From the NCBI GenBank assembly GCA_016208105.1, contig JACQYS010000019.1:76494-140493 (forward strand): a stretch of 64,000 bases of DNA. The letters are read 5' to 3'. The notes under the pieces were generated by a model. The model did not search any database and was not told the DNA's origin. It saw only the letters and a program-made list of their open reading frames with translations. Every line of letters begins with the position of its first letter. The first letter of the stretch is position 1. Made by a program: the position numbers and the translations under genes. This DNA comes from Desulfovibrio sp. GTDB lineage: Bacteria > Desulfobacterota > Desulfovibrionia > Desulfovibrionales > Desulfovibrionaceae. Of this stretch, positions 1-10,121 are shown piece by piece.

Positions 1-323
1 AAGTCGAGTATTTCCGACTCTGTAATCTCCGCCTTCTTGTAGAGAGCCTCCTGATAGTACTTCACCTGCTGCTTCAAGATGAGGTGTTGCTGGCTATGCT
101 CGTGCAACTTTGGATACTTGATCCGCCGCATGTATTCTTCTTCGTCGTTGAAGTGGTATACTGTGTATTCCCGGAGAGAATGGAAAGCTTCTGTTATGTT
201 CTTGGAAGCCCCATGCTTGGCGGCGTCCATCAATTTGTTTGAGAGATCGATGAGGTTCTTATGCTGGTCGTCAATCTTCTCGATGCCCAAGGACAAACCC
301 GAATGCCATTCGATATGCGACAT
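1..323 (-). CDS. hemerythrin-like metal-binding protein (N-terminal 107 codons; C-terminus runs off the left edge)
   Basis: Not in the ORF track because it is truncated by the window edge. My translation from ATG (complement of cat 321-323) is MSHIEWHSGLSLGIEKIDDQHKNLIDLSNKLMDAAKHG...YTVYHFNDEEEYMRRIKYPKLHEHSQQH. This has the H / IDxQH / HFxxEE / HxxxH pattern of bacteriohemerythrin-like domains. The frame stays open to position 1. Confidence 0.8.
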   Translation of the reverse strand, partial: MSHIEWHSGLSLGIEKIDDQHKNLIDLSNKLMDAAKHGASKNITEAFHSLREYTVYHFNDEEEYMRRIKYPKLHEHSQQHLILKQQVKYYQEALYKKAEITESEILD

Positions 324-656
324 GACGCCCCCGAGGTTCGAATTGGATAAGGCGCTCTCCAGCCAAAACGCTCTGCGACAGGACAATGTGAAGCATTATC
401 CAGTATTTTCTGAGGAGGTCAACAACGAGAGGAAGAAGAAATACTCTTTGGATCAACCAGGGAGTTAATGGGCGGCGGGGCAAGGTTGGCAATGGCGAGA
501 TCCCCGCCGCCCTGGGCAGTGATTAAGGCACCCGGCTTTTACAAGAATTCGTACGCGGTGGGAATAAAAACATTGCGCTGAAGAGACGATCCTCGGCAGC
601 AGAATGTTCCAGACGTCTCAACTATCGCATGAAGCCAGCGTGAAGCCTCAAAAGAG

Positions 657-899
657 TTACTTCTTTTGATCTCCCAGATCGCACGCAACAACCTCGCACG
701 GATCATCAATGAGCGTAATCTGCTGGCAGTCCGCCCTGAACGCACATCCCAATTGCCCGCACGTGTCGAAGCAGCCGCATCCGAAGCACGGATCATAGCC
801 CTCGGCTCGCTGGATGGCCCTAATGGACTCAATCTTGTCCAAACCTTCTACGTCAGTTCCGGCCGTCCAAGCCCGGGCAACAATTTCCAGTCTGTCCAC
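657..899 (-). CDS. small Cys-rich hypothetical protein (80 aa, 9 Cys)
   Basis: The ORF has a GTG start preceded by caggaggg 7 nt upstream (reverse complement of 900-915). Codon usage looks coding. It contains a CFGCGCFDTCGQLGC...C...C..C cluster. I recognise no family. Confidence 0.45.
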   Translation of the reverse strand: MDRLEIVARAWTAGTDVEGLDKIESIRAIQRAEGYDPCFGCGCFDTCGQLGCAFRADCQQITLIDDPCEVVACDLGDQKK

Positions 900-1015
900 C
901 GTGCAGCCCTCCTGTGACGAGAGGCGAACCCAAACTCACAGCCATGCTGGGAAAAAAAGTCGTCCAGCCACGCTTTGGTTATTCTCTCATCCGGGAGGGT
1001 GGGGCGTGTCAAACT

Positions 1016-1047
1016 GAAAAATGCCGGACAGCGGACTGCCCGGCATT
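1016..1047 (-). terminator. rho-independent terminator downstream of the lipoprotein gene
   Basis: Perfect 8-bp stem aatgccgg (1020-1027) / ccggcatt (1040-1047) with a 12-nt loop. On the minus strand it is followed by a TTTTT run. It lies 33 nt after the stop at 1080. Confidence 0.55.
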
Positions 1048-1079
1048 GGAAATGATACTCGCCCAGTGGCCGAGCTACG

Positions 1080-1409
1080 TCACTTTGAATAGTTAGTCCG
1101 GCAAAACCTTTGGCACCAATCACGGGCTGAGTCGTTGGGGCCGGCGCAATCGGTGAGTATGTAGGTCCAGACCTGGGAACCATGAACGGCCTCGCATTCT
1201 TGCAGACATTTACTCAAGGACGGCTGCTGCATGTTCATGGCCACAGTATATGGATCGCATACCGATATGGTGTCGCACGAACCGAAACGGCCGTCGCCGG
1301 ACTGGTAACAGAACCCCTTGAATTCGGATTCGGTCATCGGCTTGATTGGTCCACACCCGCCCAAGAAGAGGAGCACGGCAGAGAGAATGGTCAATGGAAG
1401 CAGTTTCAT
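1080..1409 (-). CDS. small secreted lipoprotein, Cys-rich (109 aa)
   Basis: Internal start MKLLPLTILSAVLLFLGGCGP has a signal peptide plus an L-G-G-C lipobox. A strong RBS aggaggttct sits directly upstream of ATG (cat 1407-1409). The longer 136-aa version in the track lacks an RBS. Confidence 0.7.
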   Translation of the reverse strand: MKLLPLTILSAVLLFLGGCGPIKPMTESEFKGFCYQSGDGRFGSCDTISVCDPYTVAMNMQQPSLSKCLQECEAVHGSQVWTYILTDCAGPNDSARDWCQRFCRTNYSK

Positions 1410-1589
1410 AAGAACCTCCTGTGGGACACTCAATACGGGCAGCTCCGGCCCGTATCGCATAGAATCCTGTTCACTAGGAGTTGAATACATGCTCCCTAAC
1501 AGAAATCAACCTCACGGAATGAGAGGAACGCGGCGGATGGAAAAGAAAAATCCCGGACAGATGCCTGGCCGGGATTTCCACTTTTACGA

Positions 1590-1666
1590 TGGGGTGACTG
1601 ATGGGGCTTGAACCCACGACCCCCAGGGCCACAACCTGGTGCTCTACCAACTGAGCTACAGCCACC
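1590..1666 (-). tRNA. tRNA-His (anticodon GTG)
   Basis: The reverse complement reads GGTGGCTGTAGCTCAGTTGGTAGAGCACCAGGTTGTGGCCCTGGGGGTCGTGGGTTCAAGCCCCATCAGTCACCCCA. It has a 7-bp acceptor stem, the extra G-1 paired to C73 that is typical of tRNA-His, anticodon stem CCAGG/CCTGG with loop TTGTGGC, a GGTTCAAGCC T-arm and an encoded CCA. Confidence 0.93.
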
Positions 1667-1786
1667 GTCGGACGGGAAGCAATACATGAGGCCAGCCATG
1701 GGGTCAAGACCATTTCACAGCCCTTGAGCCCCGGCCCGCTTCGGGCTAGAGAGAGTCCACGCCATCCGTAACATCGCGAGGAATCC

Positions 1787-3040
1787 ATGGACAAACTGAT
1801 CATCGAGGGCGGCCTGCCCCTGCGCGGACGCGTACGGGTTTCCGGCTCCAAGAACGCGGCCCTGCCCATACTCATGGCCGCCATCCTGCTGGATAGCCCC
1901 GTCACCTACCGCAATGTCCCGAACCTTCGCGACATCCACACCACCCTCAAACTTTTGAACATCCTTGGTCTTCAGGCCGAATTCGAGGCGGGTTCGGCCT
2001 GCGTGCACCCGGCTCAGACGCTGAATCCCGAGGCTCCCTACGATCTTGTGAAAACCATGCGCGCCTCGGTGCTCTGCCTGGGGCCGCTCCTGGCCCGCCT
2101 GGGCGAAGCCAGGGTCGCCCTGCCAGGCGGTTGCGCCATCGGGGCCAGGCCTGTGAACCTGCACCTGACCGCCCTGGAGCAAATGGGAGCCCGGTTCGAT
2201 CTTGATTCCGGATACATCGAAGGTAAGACCAGCGGCCTTCATGGAGCCAAGATCGTCTTCGACCAGGTCACTGTGGGCGGCACCGAGAACCTGCTCATGG
2301 CCGCCAGCCTGGCCGAGGGTGAAACCATCCTGGAGAACGCCGCCCGGGAGCCCGAGGTGGTGGACCTGGCCAATTTCCTCATCGCCTGTGGAGCCAAGAT
2401 AACCGGCCACGGCACGCCCGTTATCAAGATTCAGGGTGTAACATCTCTGTCCGGCTGCGAATACTCCATCATGCCCGACCGCATCGAGGCAGGCACCTAC
2501 CTGGTGGCCGCTGCCATGACCGGCGGCGAGCTCATCCTGGACAACTGCCCCTGCGACGCCATGGACGCCGTGTTCAGCAAACTTCGGGAAATGGGCGTGG
2601 TCATGAACGAAGGCCCGGACGGTCTGGTTGTCCGCAGGGGAGGCGAGTTGACCTGCATGGACGTGACCACCATTCCCTACCCCGGATTCCCAACCGACAT
2701 GCAGGCCCAGATCATGGCCCTCATGTGCGTCTCCTCCGGAGCGGGGACCATCCGCGAAACCATCTTCGAAAACCGCTTCATGCACGTTCAGGAGTTGGTC
2801 CGGCTGGGGGCCAAGATCAAGGTGAGTTCGCAGAGCGCCTTTGTGCGCGGCGTGCCAAGACTCACAGGCGCTCCGGTAATGGCGTCGGACCTGCGGGCCA
2901 GCGCGTCCCTGGTGGTGGCTGGCCTTGCCGCCTATGGCTCCACAGAAGTGCAACGCATCTACCACCTCGACCGCGGCTACGAGGCCATGGAAGTGAAGCT
3001 TCAGACCCTGGGTGCCCGCATCAAGCGAGCCAAGGAGTAG
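1787..3040 (+). CDS. murA: UDP-N-acetylglucosamine 1-carboxyvinyltransferase
   Basis: 417 aa. [34 protein letters not shown]... is a full-length MurA/EPSP-synthase-fold match, including the KNAALP motif. Confidence 0.97.
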   Translation: MDKLIIEGGLPLRGRVRVSGSKNAALPILMAAILLDSPVTYRNVPNLRDIHTTLKLLNILGLQAEFEAGSACVHPAQTLNPEAPYDLVKTMRASVLCLGPLLARLGEARVALPGGCAIGARPVNLHLTALEQMGARFDLDSGYIEGKTSGLHGAKIVFDQVTVGGTENLLMAASLAEGETILENAAREPEVVDLANFLIACGAKITGHGTPVIKIQGVTSLSGCEYSIMPDRIEAGTYLVAAAMTGGELILDNCPCDAMDAVFSKLREMGVVMNEGPDGLVVRRGGELTCMDVTTIPYPGFPTDMQAQIMALMCVSSGAGTIRETIFENRFMHVQELVRLGAKIKVSSQSAFVRGVPRLTGAPVMASDLRASASLVVAGLAAYGSTEVQRIYHLDRGYEAMEVKLQTLGARIKRAKE

Positions 3041-3085
3041 CCTCGGCGTGCCCGCCGTGGCAGCCTGTCGGCTGGAACCGGGCGC

Positions 3086-5467
3086 GTGATAGCCGCACCT
3101 GGGCTCTTACCCTGGCAGATTTTATTTTTGGCCGGCGTTTGCGGGGCCTGGGCCGTTCACGATCCGGCCGCAGGACTTCTGGCCGTTTTTCTGACCATTG
3201 CCGGCAACCGCATTGCGGGGCGTTCGTCGCCCCGCTTTTTCTTTTTCCTCCTGGCCGCCCTGGCCGGGTTTGCATTCACCTGGCTTAGGCTCCCATCGGT
3301 CCCGGCCATCCCTGATTGGATTGACCAGCGTCCGAAGGGGGTTCTGGCCGGGAAAGTAATCAGCATGGAAGAGAAACCGGGCAATCGTCTGGAGATTCTC
3401 CTTGAGCAGGTGCAGTTCCGTTTTTCTGATGGGAAAACCGCACCCTTGCCTGGGCGTTTGGTCTGGACCTGGCAGGACCCCGCGTTCAGACCCACCCCCG
3501 ATAGCAGTGTGATCCTGCACGCTCAGCCGCACCCCACGGGCGGGTTCGTCAATCCCGGAACCACGGACTGGTCCTGGCGCTGGAGATTGAAAGGCGTGTT
3601 TCTCAGAGCCTACACGTTGGGAGGCAAGGGTGTGTCGGTGGAAACAGATGCCCCGACATCAGCCTTGGAGAATTGGCGAGCCGAGCTGCGAAACGCCATT
3701 CTGCGGGGAGCTGGCCCAGGATCTTCCGGCGGGATGGTCCTAGGGCTTGTCACGGGAGAACGCTTCGCGATCGCCCGCGACGACCTGGACCGGGTTCGCC
3801 GGGCCTCCTTGTCGCACCTGCTTGCTGTATCCGGCATGAACCTGGCCGCAGTGGCCGCCTTGGGGTGGGCTGTGTCCTGGTTGCTCGGGCTTATTTGGTC
3901 TGGAATCTATCTGCGCCTGCCAAGGCCAAAGCTGGCCGTGGCCATCGGATTTCCCCTGGTCGGCTGCTATTTGTGGCTTGGCCGTTTCGAACCTTCCCTC
4001 ACTCGGGCGGCGCTCATGTTCGCGGCCTGGGGGGTGCTGCTTTTGCTCGGCAGACCCCGGGTGCTGCTGGACGGATTGTTCTTCGCTCTGGCCGCCATGT
4101 TTCTGTGGGATCCGCTCTGCGTCTTCGATGTTGGGTTGCAACTTTCAGCCATGGCCGTGGCCGGTCTCATCCTGCTTTTGCCTCTGGCCAAGCCGATCTT
4201 CACCCATCTGCGCGGAAAAGGACCGTGGAGATGGATTCCGGCGCTTCTCCTGGGCTGGGTGTTGGTCACCCTGGCCGCGCAGCTCGCAGTGCTCCCCATC
4301 CAGTTTGCAGTGTTCGGCGAGGCCAGCCCGCACCTGTACCTCAACCTTCTTTGGGTGCCCGTGGTGGAATGGATCGCCCAGCCCCTGGCCTATCTGGGAG
4401 CGCTCACCGTCATCTGGCTGCCCACCGTGGGCGACCCGCTCCTGGCAGCCTCCGCCCAGGTGTGTTCACTCATGCTGGGCAGCCTCAAGGCCATGGACGC
4501 GCGCGGATGGCTGACCGTGTATCCCGTTCAGCGTCCCTGGCAACCCGAGGTTCTTGGTTACATGTTGCTCCTCGGCGGCTCTGCCTGGGCCTGGAAATTG
4601 CCGCGCGCAACGATGCTTTCCTGGTTGGGACTTTGCTTGCTCCTGTTGGCCACTCCTTCGCTTTACCGGGTCTGGGACCAAAGCCGCGAACGGGTCCGAC
4701 TGACCATGCTGGACGTGGGCCAGGGTCAATCCCTGCTTGTGGAAGCTCCTGGCGGCAGGCGCTACCTGGTGGACGGAGGAGGCACTTTATCCAGCACCTT
4801 CGACCTGGGCCGGGCGGTCCTGGCCCCGGTCCTCACCTGGGGACGGCCCCCTGTCTTGGACGGGATGGTGATGTCTCATCCGGACCGGGACCACACCGGC
4901 GGGATGGTCTCTCTGCTAAGCAGCTTCCGGGTGGGTTTCCTGGCCGGAAACGGAGAACTCCCGGCACCTGAGGATTTTCGCAATGCCCTGGCTGTAAGCG
5001 GCCTCAGGCCGCTTATCTGGCGTGCCGGGGACAGCATAGCGCTCCAAGAGGATCTGTCCCTTGAGGTGCTGCACCCGCCGGACGGATTCGCGAAACGGGG
5101 TAACGCGGCTTCGTTGGTGCTGCGGCTTGTCTGGCGCGGGAGGGGCTTGGCTCTTCTTCCCGGAGATGCTGGCAGTGATGTTCTCGCGGCTCTGGCCGAT
5201 TCGGGGATAGATCTTTCAGCGGACGTGCTGGCTATCCCCCACCATGGCAGCCGGACCGCTCTTGCGCCGAGACTCTATGAGAGGGTTCAGGCCAAATGGG
5301 CTTTCATAAGCTGCGGACGGGGCAACAGTTTCGGGTTCCCATCGCCCGAGGTTGTTCGCGCTCTTGAAAATGCGGGAGCACAGGTTTTCAGCACCGCCTA
5401 CAACGGAGCGATCAGCGCCACATGGGATTCGCCGGGCGCCTCCCATTCCATCATGCACATGCGCTGA
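3086..5467 (+). CDS. comEC: ComEC/Rec2 family DNA internalization protein (competence domain plus metallo-beta-lactamase domain)
   Basis: 793 aa with a GTG start. It has a polytopic membrane core (LSHLLAVSGMNL motif) and a C-terminal MBL domain (LTMLDVGQGQS, SHPDRDHTGG, IPHHGS). Confidence 0.9.
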   Translation: MIAAPGLLPWQILFLAGVCGAWAVHDPAAGLLAVFLTIAGNRIAGRSSPRFFFFLLAALAGFAFTWLRLPSVPAIPDWIDQRPKGVLAGKVISMEEKPGNRLEILLEQVQFRFSDGKTAPLPGRLVWTWQDPAFRPTPDSSVILHAQPHPTGGFVNPGTTDWSWRWRLKGVFLRAYTLGGKGVSVETDAPTSALENWRAELRNAILRGAGPGSSGGMVLGLVTGERFAIARDDLDRVRRASLSHLLAVSGMNLAAVAALGWAVSWLLGLIWSGIYLRLPRPKLAVAIGFPLVGCYLWLGRFEPSLTRAALMFAAWGVLLLLGRPRVLLDGLFFALAAMFLWDPLCVFDVGLQLSAMAVAGLILLLPLAKPIFTHLRGKGPWRWIPALLLGWVLVTLAAQLAVLPIQFAVFGEASPHLYLNLLWVPVVEWIAQPLAYLGALTVIWLPTVGDPLLAASAQVCSLMLGSLKAMDARGWLTVYPVQRPWQPEVLGYMLLLGGSAWAWKLPRATMLSWLGLCLLLLATPSLYRVWDQSRERVRLTMLDVGQGQSLLVEAPGGRRYLVDGGGTLSSTFDLGRAVLAPVLTWGRPPVLDGMVMSHPDRDHTGGMVSLLSSFRVGFLAGNGELPAPEDFRNALAVSGLRPLIWRAGDSIALQEDLSLEVLHPPDGFAKRGNAASLVLRLVWRGRGLALLPGDAGSDVLAALADSGIDLSADVLAIPHHGSRTALAPRLYERVQAKWAFISCGRGNSFGFPSPEVVRALENAGAQVFSTAYNGAISATWDSPGASHSIMHMR

Positions 5468-5476
5468 CGCAACCCT

Positions 5477-6934
5477 CTACGGACCTTCGGTCGGGTACCC
5501 TTTGACGAAACTGCCGGTCTCCGGCTCCACATGGATCACCACCCGCCCGACATTCTCTATGGCGGCCCGGACTACATTCTCGAGTTTGGCCGTCATTTCG
5601 TGGGCCTGACCGATGGAGACGGTAGGGGCCATGCGGCAGTGGAAGCTCACCGAATACTTGTCTCCCAGGCGGTGCACTGCCACCCCGTGGCAGTCGGACA
5701 CCGAGCCGGCCCCGTTCACAAGCTTCTCCACCTCCTGGCGGATGGATTCGGATTGGTCCGTTTGGCTGTCCCTTGCCAAATCCTTCTCACCCACGGGCTC
5801 AATATGGCTGGCAATGGTAACCGGCTCCTTGAGCCCGCCCCGGACCGAATTCTCAAAGGCCGTCACCAGCTCGTGAGCTCGGGCCAGGGTCTGGCCGTCG
5901 GGCACCTCCACATGCATCTCCAGGTGCAGGCCTTTGGGCGTCTGGTGGGCATGCAGCCCGTGAACGCCCAGGGCATGGCGCGCTGCCAAGCCGCGAACCA
6001 GCTCGAAAAGATCGCGCTCCTGCGCTGCCACAGGTTTCAGGTGCACCACCACGTCAGCACCCGGAAGCACCTGTTTCACCGCGTCTTCGGCCCTGGCCCC
6101 TATCTTATGTGCGTCCTCAAAACTGGCCTGCCGGGCGATGTCCAGAGTCAGGTCCACGAACGAGGTCGGGCCGGAAAGTCTGGCCCGCACCTGACCCACC
6201 CCGCGCACCCCTGGGATATCCTCAACTGCCTCCCGGAGTTCCTGGGCCATGTCCTGCGAGCCACCGTCCAGCAGTACATCCACAGCTTCGCGCCCGAGCC
6301 GGATGCTCACCCAGACGACAATCGCGCTTACGCCGAGAGCGGCCACTGCGTCCGCACGCTCCAGTACTCCCCGCCAGGGCGAGCCCTCGGGCATGATCCC
6401 GGCCAGCCACACGCAACCAAGGCCCAATATGACCACGGCCGAGGACCAGATGTCGGTTGAGAAATGCAAGGCATCCGCTTCCAGGGCCTGGCTGTTGTGT
6501 TTCTCAGCCATACGCTTAAGCATCCGCGAACGGGAAATATCTATGACAATGGAAACAGCCATGACCCCGAAGCTCCACCAGGTGACCTCAACGGCTTCCG
6601 GGGCGTAGAAGAGCCTGTCCACGGCCTCGCGCACGATGTAGACGCAGGTCAGCAGAAGAAGAAGCGTTTCCACCAGGGCGGACAGGTTTTCCATCTTGCC
6701 GTGTCCGTAGGGGTGGCGTGAATCCGCCGGAAGCGACGAATAGCGGACAGCGAAATAGGTGACGGCAGCGGCCAGAAGGTCGAGGCCCGAATGCGCCGCC
6801 TCGGACAGGATGCCCAGGGAGTTTGTAGATAACCCCACCGCCAGTTTCATTCCGGTGAGAAACACCGCCGCCACCAATGAAGACATGGCAGCCCCGCGTT
6901 TCTCCAATCCGGCCTCATGGCTGTCGATGTGCAT
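5477..6934 (-). CDS. cation diffusion facilitator (CDF) family metal efflux transporter with three tandem C-terminal cytoplasmic domains
   Basis: The true start is taken at MHIDSHEAGLEKRGAAMSSLV (cat 6932-6934). The TM core has AHSGLDLL...HPYGHGK...HFSTD CDF motifs. The track ORF extends to 7768 but that part overlaps the AraC gene in antisense. Confidence 0.88.
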   Translation of the reverse strand: MHIDSHEAGLEKRGAAMSSLVAAVFLTGMKLAVGLSTNSLGILSEAAHSGLDLLAAAVTYFAVRYSSLPADSRHPYGHGKMENLSALVETLLLLLTCVYIVREAVDRLFYAPEAVEVTWWSFGVMAVSIVIDISRSRMLKRMAEKHNSQALEADALHFSTDIWSSAVVILGLGCVWLAGIMPEGSPWRGVLERADAVAALGVSAIVVWVSIRLGREAVDVLLDGGSQDMAQELREAVEDIPGVRGVGQVRARLSGPTSFVDLTLDIARQASFEDAHKIGARAEDAVKQVLPGADVVVHLKPVAAQERDLFELVRGLAARHALGVHGLHAHQTPKGLHLEMHVEVPDGQTLARAHELVTAFENSVRGGLKEPVTIASHIEPVGEKDLARDSQTDQSESIRQEVEKLVNGAGSVSDCHGVAVHRLGDKYSVSFHCRMAPTVSIGQAHEMTAKLENVVRAAIENVGRVVIHVEPETGSFVKGYPTEGP

Positions 6935-7054
6935 GATCAATCTTTTATCCCACTTCCCGCTGCCATGGAAACCCGTGATGGTGATTTTCAGAATTGCTCT
7001 GGATTCGGCAAAAAATGTCAAGCAGACATGGACAACATTTGTTAGAAACTCTCC

Positions 7055-7945
7055 ATGACTGAGACGGAAAAGAGCTATCGTCGGCGCATGCTCACTGTGT
7101 TGGCCCACATACAGGACAACCTGGACACCGAGCTGGGACTCGAAAACCTGGCCCGCATCGCCGGGTTCTCGCCCTTCCACTTCCACCGCATCTTCCTGGG
7201 CATGGCCGGAGAGACCGTAGGGGCTCATGTGCGCCGCCTCCGCCTGACCAGGGCCGCGTACCGCCTTGAATTCTCCGACATGAGCGTCACGGACGCGGGG
7301 CTGGAAGCAGGGTACGAAGCCCCCGAAGCCTTCAGCCGGGCCTTCAAGACGCAGTTTGCCGAATCTCCCAGCACATTCAGAGAGCTTTCGCGCAAGCGGC
7401 GCAAGGAGCTTGTCGCAACGCTTTTCCCTTTCCCCGAAGACTTTCTGAACCACAACCTGAGCGGAGCAATAGCCGTGGATGTTACCATCAAAAAAAAGGA
7501 CCCCGTTCGAGTCGCCTTCACCCGGGCCACCGGCCCCTACATGCAGTCCTCCATGGAAGCTTGGCGGAAGATGATGGCCTGGGCTGGCCCCAAGGGGCTT
7601 TTCACACCCAAGACGATGTTCATTGGCGTTGGGCATGACGACCCCACCACCACGCAGCCTGAACGCATCCGCTACGACGCCTGCATCAGCGTGGGAGAAG
7701 AGGTTCAGGGGGATGGGGAAGCCGGAGTGACAATGCTGCCTGGCGGCGAATACGCCACCGTGATCCACAAGGGCCCTTACGACCAGCTTATAAAGACGTA
7801 CATGTGGTTCTACGGGGTTTGGCTGCCCAAGTCCGGACGCGAGGTCTCGGCGCAGCCGGGGTACGAGGTGTACCTGAACGATCCGGAAACAACGCCTCCC
7901 GAGGACCTTCTGACCGAGATCAACATGCCGTTGGAAGAGAAATAG
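7055..7945 (+). CDS. AraC family transcriptional regulator with GyrI-like effector-binding domain
   Basis: N-terminal HTH_18 (LENLARIAGFSPFHFHRIF...GYEAPEAFSRAFK). The C-terminal ~150 aa is GyrI/SOUL-like (GGEYATVIHKGPYDQL). It is divergent from the CDF gene. Confidence 0.88.
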   Translation: MTETEKSYRRRMLTVLAHIQDNLDTELGLENLARIAGFSPFHFHRIFLGMAGETVGAHVRRLRLTRAAYRLEFSDMSVTDAGLEAGYEAPEAFSRAFKTQFAESPSTFRELSRKRRKELVATLFPFPEDFLNHNLSGAIAVDVTIKKKDPVRVAFTRATGPYMQSSMEAWRKMMAWAGPKGLFTPKTMFIGVGHDDPTTTQPERIRYDACISVGEEVQGDGEAGVTMLPGGEYATVIHKGPYDQLIKTYMWFYGVWLPKSGREVSAQPGYEVYLNDPETTPPEDLLTEINMPLEEK

Positions 7946-8032
7946 CTGGACAGTGGGCGCTCATCATTTCCCATAGCCCAGACCAGACGGCGATTGGGCT
8001 CAACATTCTGACTTGTGCTAGGAGAACCAAAG

Positions 8033-8239
8033 ATGCCCTTCGTGAACATCAAGATCACCCGCGAAGCCACGCCCGTAACCCCGGAACAAAAGGCCAAGGT
8101 CATCGAGGGGGTCACGGACGTCATCGCCACGGTGCTTGGCCGCAACCGGGCCACCACCATCGTGATCATCGAGGAAGTGGAGATGGACAACTACGGAATC
8201 GGCGGCACTACGGTCACCGAGATACGTAAAAAAAAGTAA
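8033..8239 (+). CDS. 4-oxalocrotonate tautomerase family enzyme
   Basis: MPFVNIKITREATPVTPEQKAKVIEGVTDVIATVLG has Pro-1 right after the initiator Met, as in tautomerase-superfamily members. An RBS aggag lies 8 nt upstream of ATG 8033. Confidence 0.85.
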   Translation: MPFVNIKITREATPVTPEQKAKVIEGVTDVIATVLGRNRATTIVIIEEVEMDNYGIGGTTVTEIRKKK

Positions 8240-8416
8240 CCTTTTCAGAGCCGGAAGTACGGCTCACTCACTCAATCACCCAGCTTTCTTGAAGGTTGCA
8301 CTCGAGTATCGCCCCAAATAAGTGGGGCGCTTTGCCATCCAATTGTCATCGGCCTGCCTCTGGATAGTTGCTTTATTGGGGGACATTCCTTCTCGAAAAA
8401 TCGAGGAGGCATGCCC

Positions 8417-9229
8417 ATGCTCCATCTTGAGGGATTGGCCAAAAGCTTCAATGGCCGTAATGCCCTGCACCCAACAACCCTTACCTTCCACGCCGGGCAG
8501 TTCAGCGTTCTTCTGGGCCCATCCGGCGCCGGGAAATCGACTCTGCTGCGCTGCCTGAACCAGCTCAACGAGCCAAGCAGCGGCAGCATCTTCTGCGACA
8601 GCATCGGTCGGGTGGACACGCGGGATAAGCGACGCGCCTTGCGCCTCATGACCGGTTTCGTATTCCAACAGCATCAGCTCATTCTCAGGCAGACCGCCCT
8701 TGGCAACGTGCTCAACGGACGACTCGGCTACCGCCCCCTCTGGCGCAGCCTGTTTCCGTGGAGAAGAGAGGAAACCGAACAAGGGCTGCACTGCCTTGAG
8801 CGCGTCGGACTTTTGGAGTTCGCCCTGACCAGGGCCGGGTCGCTCTCCGGCGGCCAACAACAGCGTGTTGGCATTGCCCGCGCGCTGGCCCAGCGTCCTC
8901 GTATTCTCCTGGCCGATGAGCCCGTGGCCAGCCTAGACCCTACCAAGTCAACGGAAATTCTCGAATTGCTGCATCGCATCTGCAGGGAAGACGGGATTTG
9001 CGCCGTGGTGAGCCTGCATCAGGTCGATCTGGCTATCCGTTTTGCCGACCGGATTGTTGCCCTGAAAGAGGGGCAAGTGGTTTTTGATGACACTCCGGAC
9101 GCGCTCGACGACAGGGCTCTCGAATCCATCTATTCTTCGCAACCTCGCGGACAGGATTCCCCTGTACCGCAGCTCTCCATCCCCGGCTACCTCACGCCTA
9201 TCGAAACCGAAGCCGCTCTCACGGGATGA
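8417..9229 (+). CDS. ptxA: phosphite/phosphonate ABC transporter ATP-binding protein (PhnC family)
   Basis: Walker [10 protein letters not shown], signature LSGGQQQR and Walker B ILLADEP are present. The second ATG (8417) is chosen because gaggagg is 7 nt upstream of it. The ptx assignment comes from the linked ptxD. Confidence 0.9.
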   Translation: MLHLEGLAKSFNGRNALHPTTLTFHAGQFSVLLGPSGAGKSTLLRCLNQLNEPSSGSIFCDSIGRVDTRDKRRALRLMTGFVFQQHQLILRQTALGNVLNGRLGYRPLWRSLFPWRREETEQGLHCLERVGLLEFALTRAGSLSGGQQQRVGIARALAQRPRILLADEPVASLDPTKSTEILELLHRICREDGICAVVSLHQVDLAIRFADRIVALKEGQVVFDDTPDALDDRALESIYSSQPRGQDSPVPQLSIPGYLTPIETEAALTG

Positions 9230-9240
9230 AGCGATAATAA

Positions 9241-10119
<879 letters not shown>

Positions 10120-10121
10120 CC

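Noticed and set aside
470-512. 11-bp perfect inverted repeat gggcggcgggg ... ccccgccgccc with a 21-nt loop, between the Cys-rich ORF and the hemerythrin gene
   Set aside because: It could be a terminator or attenuator. However, no U-tract follows on either strand and the loop is long. I cannot assign a function, and no second copy in the window suggests a REP-like repeat family.
848-1183. 111-aa minus-strand ORF spanning the lipoprotein gene's 3' end and the terminator
   Set aside because: Its first third overlaps the lipoprotein gene in another frame and it reads through the terminator hairpin at 1016-1047. It has no RBS. I briefly considered a frameshifted fusion with the 657-899 Cys-rich ORF. 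That ORF has its own good RBS and GTG start, so a fusion is not needed.
1715-2965. 416-aa minus-strand ORF covering almost all of murA
   Set aside because: It is antisense to an unambiguous MurA gene. The product is Gly/Ala/His/Arg-rich low-complexity sequence with no recognisable motif. This is a typical shadow ORF of high-GC DNA.
6935-7768. Upstream extension of the CDF ORF to 763 aa (track ORF 5477-7768)
   Set aside because: The extension runs antisense through the AraC/GyrI regulator gene and has no transporter-like sequence. CDF homology begins around MHIDSHEAGLEKRGAAMSSLV.
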